Source: Nitrospirota bacterium (GTDB lineage: Bacteria; Nitrospirota; Nitrospiria; JACQBZ01). From it: a stretch of DNA of 64,000 bases. Under the pieces are notes generated by a model. The model searched no databases, had not been told where the DNA came from, and saw only the letters and a program-made list of their open reading frames with translations. The DNA is taken from assembly GCA_016201865.1 (NCBI GenBank), contig JACQCA010000039.1, positions 5,327 to 69,326 of the forward strand, read 5' to 3'. This document shows, one piece after another, positions 60,534 to 64,000 of this stretch (its first letter is position 1; every line of letters starts with the position of its first letter). The translations under genes were made by a program, and so were the position numbers.

Positions 60534-61730
60534 ATGAATAAGACGCAACGAAACCTATGGCTGGCCTTTTTAGAAGAATCAAAGGCCAACCGCGTTTACA
60601 CCGCCTTCGGCATTCGCGCCATGGAGGAAAACCATCCGGAGGTGGCCCAGCTTTTCCTCGAAGTGGCCGGGGCCGAGACGGCCCATGCGATCAGTCATCT
60701 CAAAGTGGTCGGGCAGGTCAAATCCACGCTGGACAACCTTCGTTTCGTCGTCGAGTCGGAGCGGTTTGAGACCGCCCGGATGTATCCCAAGATGATTCAA
60801 GAAGCGCTGGAGGAAAGCCGATCGGACGCGGCCGATACGTTTCGTCTGGCCATGAACCGGGAGCATTATCACCTCGGACTTTTTACCGACGCCCTAAAAG
60901 AGCTCGAGAAGAAATTGGGCGCGCCGCCGCAGACGGCCGCCCCTTTACAGCCCAAGGTTAAAGCGGAAGTCGTTGCTGCATCGCGCCCGGCGACCGAAAA
61001 CCGTCAGGCCGTGCCTGAAGTCAAGGAAGAAAAGGGACGGATCGCGACGCTCGAGCGCATCCGCGAGGTGGTTTTCGGAATGCAGGACGGCCTCGTCTCG
61101 ACCGTCGCGGTCGCCTCGTCCGTCATGGCCGCCACCTCCCACCGGCCGATCGTCTTTGTGGCCGGATTGACGTCGGCGCTGGCCGGAATGATCTCAATGG
61201 GCACCGGCAGCTACCTCTCGTCCAAGGCCGAGAAGGAGTTGCATGCGGCCGAAATCGAAAAAGAGGCGAAGGAATTGGAGTCCAATCCCGAAGAGGAGAT
61301 GGCCGAGTTGATCGAGCTCTATCGGCAGGACGGCTTGACGATGGAGGAAGCCGAACGCATGGCCGAACGCATCGCATCCGACCGAAAATTGTGGCTTAAG
61401 ACGCTGGTCGAGAAAGAGCTCGGACTCTCGCTGGAAACCTTGGCCGACCCGACCAAAGACGCCCTCACGATGGGCGTCTCGTTTCTGTTGGGAGCGATCG
61501 TCCCGCTCATCCCCTATCTGTTCATCGGGACCTCTCCGGTGATCTGGGTCTCGATCGCGGTTACAGTCGCAGCACTGTTTGTGGTGGGACTGATCAAGGC
61601 GCGAGTCATCGGAAGAAATCCCCTCAGGGCCGGCATAGAGGTGATGGTGATCGGAACCGGCTCCGGACTTTTGGGCTACCTCATCGGAACTGTCTTCCCT
61701 CGGATGTTCGGGCTTGCGATGACTCCTTAG
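60534..61730 (+). CDS. Rubrerythrin-domain plus VIT1/CCC1 fusion (MbfA-like iron transporter)
   Basis: Di-iron ligands EES, ETAH, ERFE, EHYH; VFGMQDGLV, SMGTGSYLS, EKELG. Confidence 0.87.
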   Translation: MNKTQRNLWLAFLEESKANRVYTAFGIRAMEENHPEVAQLFLEVAGAETAHAISHLKVVGQVKSTLDNLRFVVESERFETARMYPKMIQEALEESRSDAADTFRLAMNREHYHLGLFTDALKELEKKLGAPPQTAAPLQPKVKAEVVAASRPATENRQAVPEVKEEKGRIATLERIREVVFGMQDGLVSTVAVASSVMAATSHRPIVFVAGLTSALAGMISMGTGSYLSSKAEKELHAAEIEKEAKELESNPEEEMAELIELYRQDGLTMEEAERMAERIASDRKLWLKTLVEKELGLSLETLADPTKDALTMGVSFLLGAIVPLIPYLFIGTSPVIWVSIAVTVAALFVVGLIKARVIGRNPLRAGIEVMVIGTGSGLLGYLIGTVFPRMFGLAMTP

Positions 61731-61764
61731 AATTTTAACATATCCCCTTCTGAATCATGGATCG

Positions 61765-61842
61765 GGTCCTATCGTCTAGCCCGGCCTAGGACGTCGCCCT
61801 CTCAAGGCGAAAACGCGGGTTCGAATCCCGCTGGGACCACCA
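61765..61842 (+). tRNA. tRNA-Glu (CTC)
   Basis: GGTCCTA/TGGGACC acceptor stem, TCGCC-CTCTCAA-GGCGA anticodon arm, GGTTCGAATCC, encoded CCA. Confidence 0.96.
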
Positions 61843-61879
61843 ATGATATTATCTCGATACTCAAATGGAGGTGCTTATC

Positions 61880-62263
61880 ATGAAGAACGTTTTATTTGTC
61901 GGGTTGTTTGTATTGATCGGAACAGCATTAACCGTTTCTTTGTCCGTCGCGGGCGGCCTTAAGACGATTGAAGGCAAGGGGTTGGAGGCGATGATGTCCG
62001 ACGGCAAAAGCCTTGTGATTGTCGATGTGAGGGAGCCCGAACTGTTTTCGAAAGGTCATATCAAGGGGGCCGTCAATATCCCCTATGACACGGCCAAGTC
62101 CAGGATCGTCAAAGAGCTCGCCCCGAAGGATCGCATCGTCTTTGTTTGCCACGGCGGGCCGATGGGCGATGAACTCGGCCGACTGCTCGTCAAGAACGGT
62201 TATAACGATGTTTCTAATCTTAAGGGCGGCATGAAGAAGTGGAATGGGGAGGTCATTAAGTAG
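61880..62263 (+). CDS. Exported single-domain rhodanese
   Basis: Signal peptide, DVRE, GHIKGAVNIP, active-site CHGG, LKGGMKKW; GGAGG RBS. Confidence 0.88.
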   Translation: MKNVLFVGLFVLIGTALTVSLSVAGGLKTIEGKGLEAMMSDGKSLVIVDVREPELFSKGHIKGAVNIPYDTAKSRIVKELAPKDRIVFVCHGGPMGDELGRLLVKNGYNDVSNLKGGMKKWNGEVIK

Positions 62264-62294
62264 TTCCCCATCCCGCGCGAGTTGAATCGGCTTT

Positions 62295-64000
62295 CTAACC
62301 CGCCTTGTCCGAACACGGGTCGCCATCGGGGACGGGAAGGCGCCAGGTCAAGAGCATCCAATAAATCCGCAGCGAATCCCGAATCGGGCGGAAGTGCGAC
62401 GAGCGGTTGCCGTTCAGATAGAGGGTTTGGATCGGGACGGTCCGAATCGGCCGGTGATAACCCAGCGCAAGCAGAAGCACCTGCAGCTCGGTTTCATAAC
62501 GCCGGCCCTGGACAAGACGCACGACATCCGAAACAAAGCCTCGATCCAGTGCCCGGAAACCGGACTGAGTGTCACGGGGACACTCGGGATGGATCTTTCG
62601 CAGCAACGCGCTCGTGACGGTGTTGCCGACGCGGCTCCGAAGGGGCATCATCCCGAACCGGACCCGCTCGCCGATCACCAAGGCCGCGCCTTCCTCTCTC
62701 CATGCGCGCACAAGGCGTGGAATGTCGGCCGGACGATGCTGGCCGTCGCCGTCGATCGTGATCAGCACGTCAAACGGCCGTTTCTCAATGGCGTACTGGA
62801 AGGCTTCGAGGAGGGCGACGCCCTTTCCCCGGTTAGTTGAGAAGGAAATCCGATGGACGCGGCCTCCGCTCTCGGCCGCGATCGTGCGAAGAATCTCCCC
62901 CGTTCCATCGGTCGAACCATCGTCCACCGCGATCACGTAATCGGCGTGAGCGGCCGCCTCGCGCACGATATCTCCGCAAAACGCAGCGAGATTGTAACAG
63001 GGAACCACGCAACAAACGACCGGCTCTTTCCGAACCGCCTTCCGATCGACAGCCGAGACGGGGATTTTACGGTCGTACGGCAGACCGATCGGAATCTCGC
63101 GCCATCCGGCCTCATCGAAGAACCCGAATCGGCGCTCCAGTTTGACGAAGATCTTCTCCATAGGAGGAAGCATGGAAAGAGGAAGCCGAATCTCGCCCCG
63201 CCTCCTGTGACCGTAGAGGCGGGCCCGCCCGATCACTTTCCCGTCGACGGCATCGTGCACGTCGACCGTCTCGACCGGGCGCCGGGGAAGCGCGATCGAC
63301 AATCGGAGAGCGCCTCCGGAAAGATTCTCCCCGGCGATGTAGAGTGTCGCGCGGCCGAGGGCGATCGGCCGCTTCCGCATCGCCCACTGGAAACGCAGCG
63401 TTTCGTCCTCCATCATGACCGGGCGCACCGGATGGTCGTCGCGCTCGACCGGACCGGCCGAGATCATGAATCGCTCGCGGTCTCCCGCGAAGGCGAGAAA
63501 TCTTCGTCGACTCAGCACGAGCTGGCTGGCATAGCGGAGGATCGCTTCGCGTTTCCGTGTTTGTTCGGAGACGGACAACGGAAACGCACGCCAGTCCCGG
63601 TTCGCCGGCGGCGGATGAGGACCGTGGATGAGGTAACGGATCGTCGTAAAGCGACGTTGATCGGGGTCGAGGCGTGCGAGCGCAAAACGAACCATCAACG
63701 CGAGCGCGCTATGGTCCGGATGGAGATCGAGCTCGGACGGCATGACCAGAAGCGTCGGGCGCCAGGCCGCGATCGCCTCGGTTAGAGCGATCACGGGCTT
63801 TTCGTCGCCGCTCAGCAAGAGCGAGGTCAACCCCTGATCGGGATAGTGGAGGAAAATCGCGCTGGCCGCGGGGATGCCGAGAGCGGTGAGCGCCGAAACG
63901 GCCTCATCGCGGCGTCGTGCCCCCCAACGGGCGCGGTCTTCGGCCCCGATCCGCCACCGGCGCTCAATCACGCGCTGGGGCCAGGGGTTGTTGTCTCCAT
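62295..64000 (-). CDS. PIG-L/LmbE-family deacetylase plus GT2 glycosyltransferase fusion (5' end beyond the window)
   Basis: Frame open to the window edge (GDNNPWPQ); RRDEA, YPDQG, DLHPDH; VVPCYN, DDGSTD, IDGDGQH, DTQSGFR. Confidence 0.82.
   Translation of the reverse strand, partial: GDNNPWPQRVIERRWRIGAEDRARWGARRRDEAVSALTALGIPAASAIFLHYPDQGLTSLLLSGDEKPVIALTEAIAAWRPTLLVMPSELDLHPDHSALALMVRFALARLDPDQRRFTTIRYLIHGPHPPPANRDWRAFPLSVSEQTRKREAILRYASQLVLSRRRFLAFAGDRERFMISAGPVERDDHPVRPVMMEDETLRFQWAMRKRPIALGRATLYIAGENLSGGALRLSIALPRRPVETVDVHDAVDGKVIGRARLYGHRRRGEIRLPLSMLPPMEKIFVKLERRFGFFDEAGWREIPIGLPYDRKIPVSAVDRKAVRKEPVVCCVVPCYNLAAFCGDIVREAAAHADYVIAVDDGSTDGTGEILRTIAAESGGRVHRISFSTNRGKGVALLEAFQYAIEKRPFDVLITIDGDGQHRPADIPRLVRAWREEGAALVIGERVRFGMMPLRSRVGNTVTSALLRKIHPECPRDTQSGFRALDRGFVSDVVRLVQGRRYETELQVLLLALGYHRPIRTVPIQTLYLNGNRSSHFRPIRDSLRIYWMLLTWRLPVPDGDPCSDKAG

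Overview
GC-rich (about 60% by eye) bacterial chromosomal segment; gene content suggests Nitrospirota or a deltaproteobacteria-like lineage (inference). It is mostly housekeeping: purL/Q/S/B, nusB, ribH, ribBA, xerD, recG, rpmB, corA, tyrS, lpdA, gcvH, ndk, slyD, lptD, folC, accD, tRNA-Gly(CCC) and tRNA-Glu(CTC). Main points of interest: (1) a ~20 kb chemosensory cluster wedged between purS and purQ, containing HEAT, GAF and DUF4388 proteins, two long MCPs (one with a haem-c motif) and a REC-GGDEF output, plus an embedded envelope module of an outer-membrane beta-barrel, two ~74%-identical secreted helical proteins and, between them, a 33-codon micro-ORF made of a signal peptide fused to the porin-type C-terminus; (2) a modular structured intergenic repeat family in four size variants, plus REP-like palindromes; (3) a toxin-antitoxin mini-island flanked by a 43-bp duplicate of an SDR gene 3' end that differs only at synonymous sites; (4) a frameshift-split ~1200-aa CxxCH/beta-propeller/CFI-box surface protein beside tRNA-Gly. 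All family assignments come from motif recognition by eye; no database searches were run.
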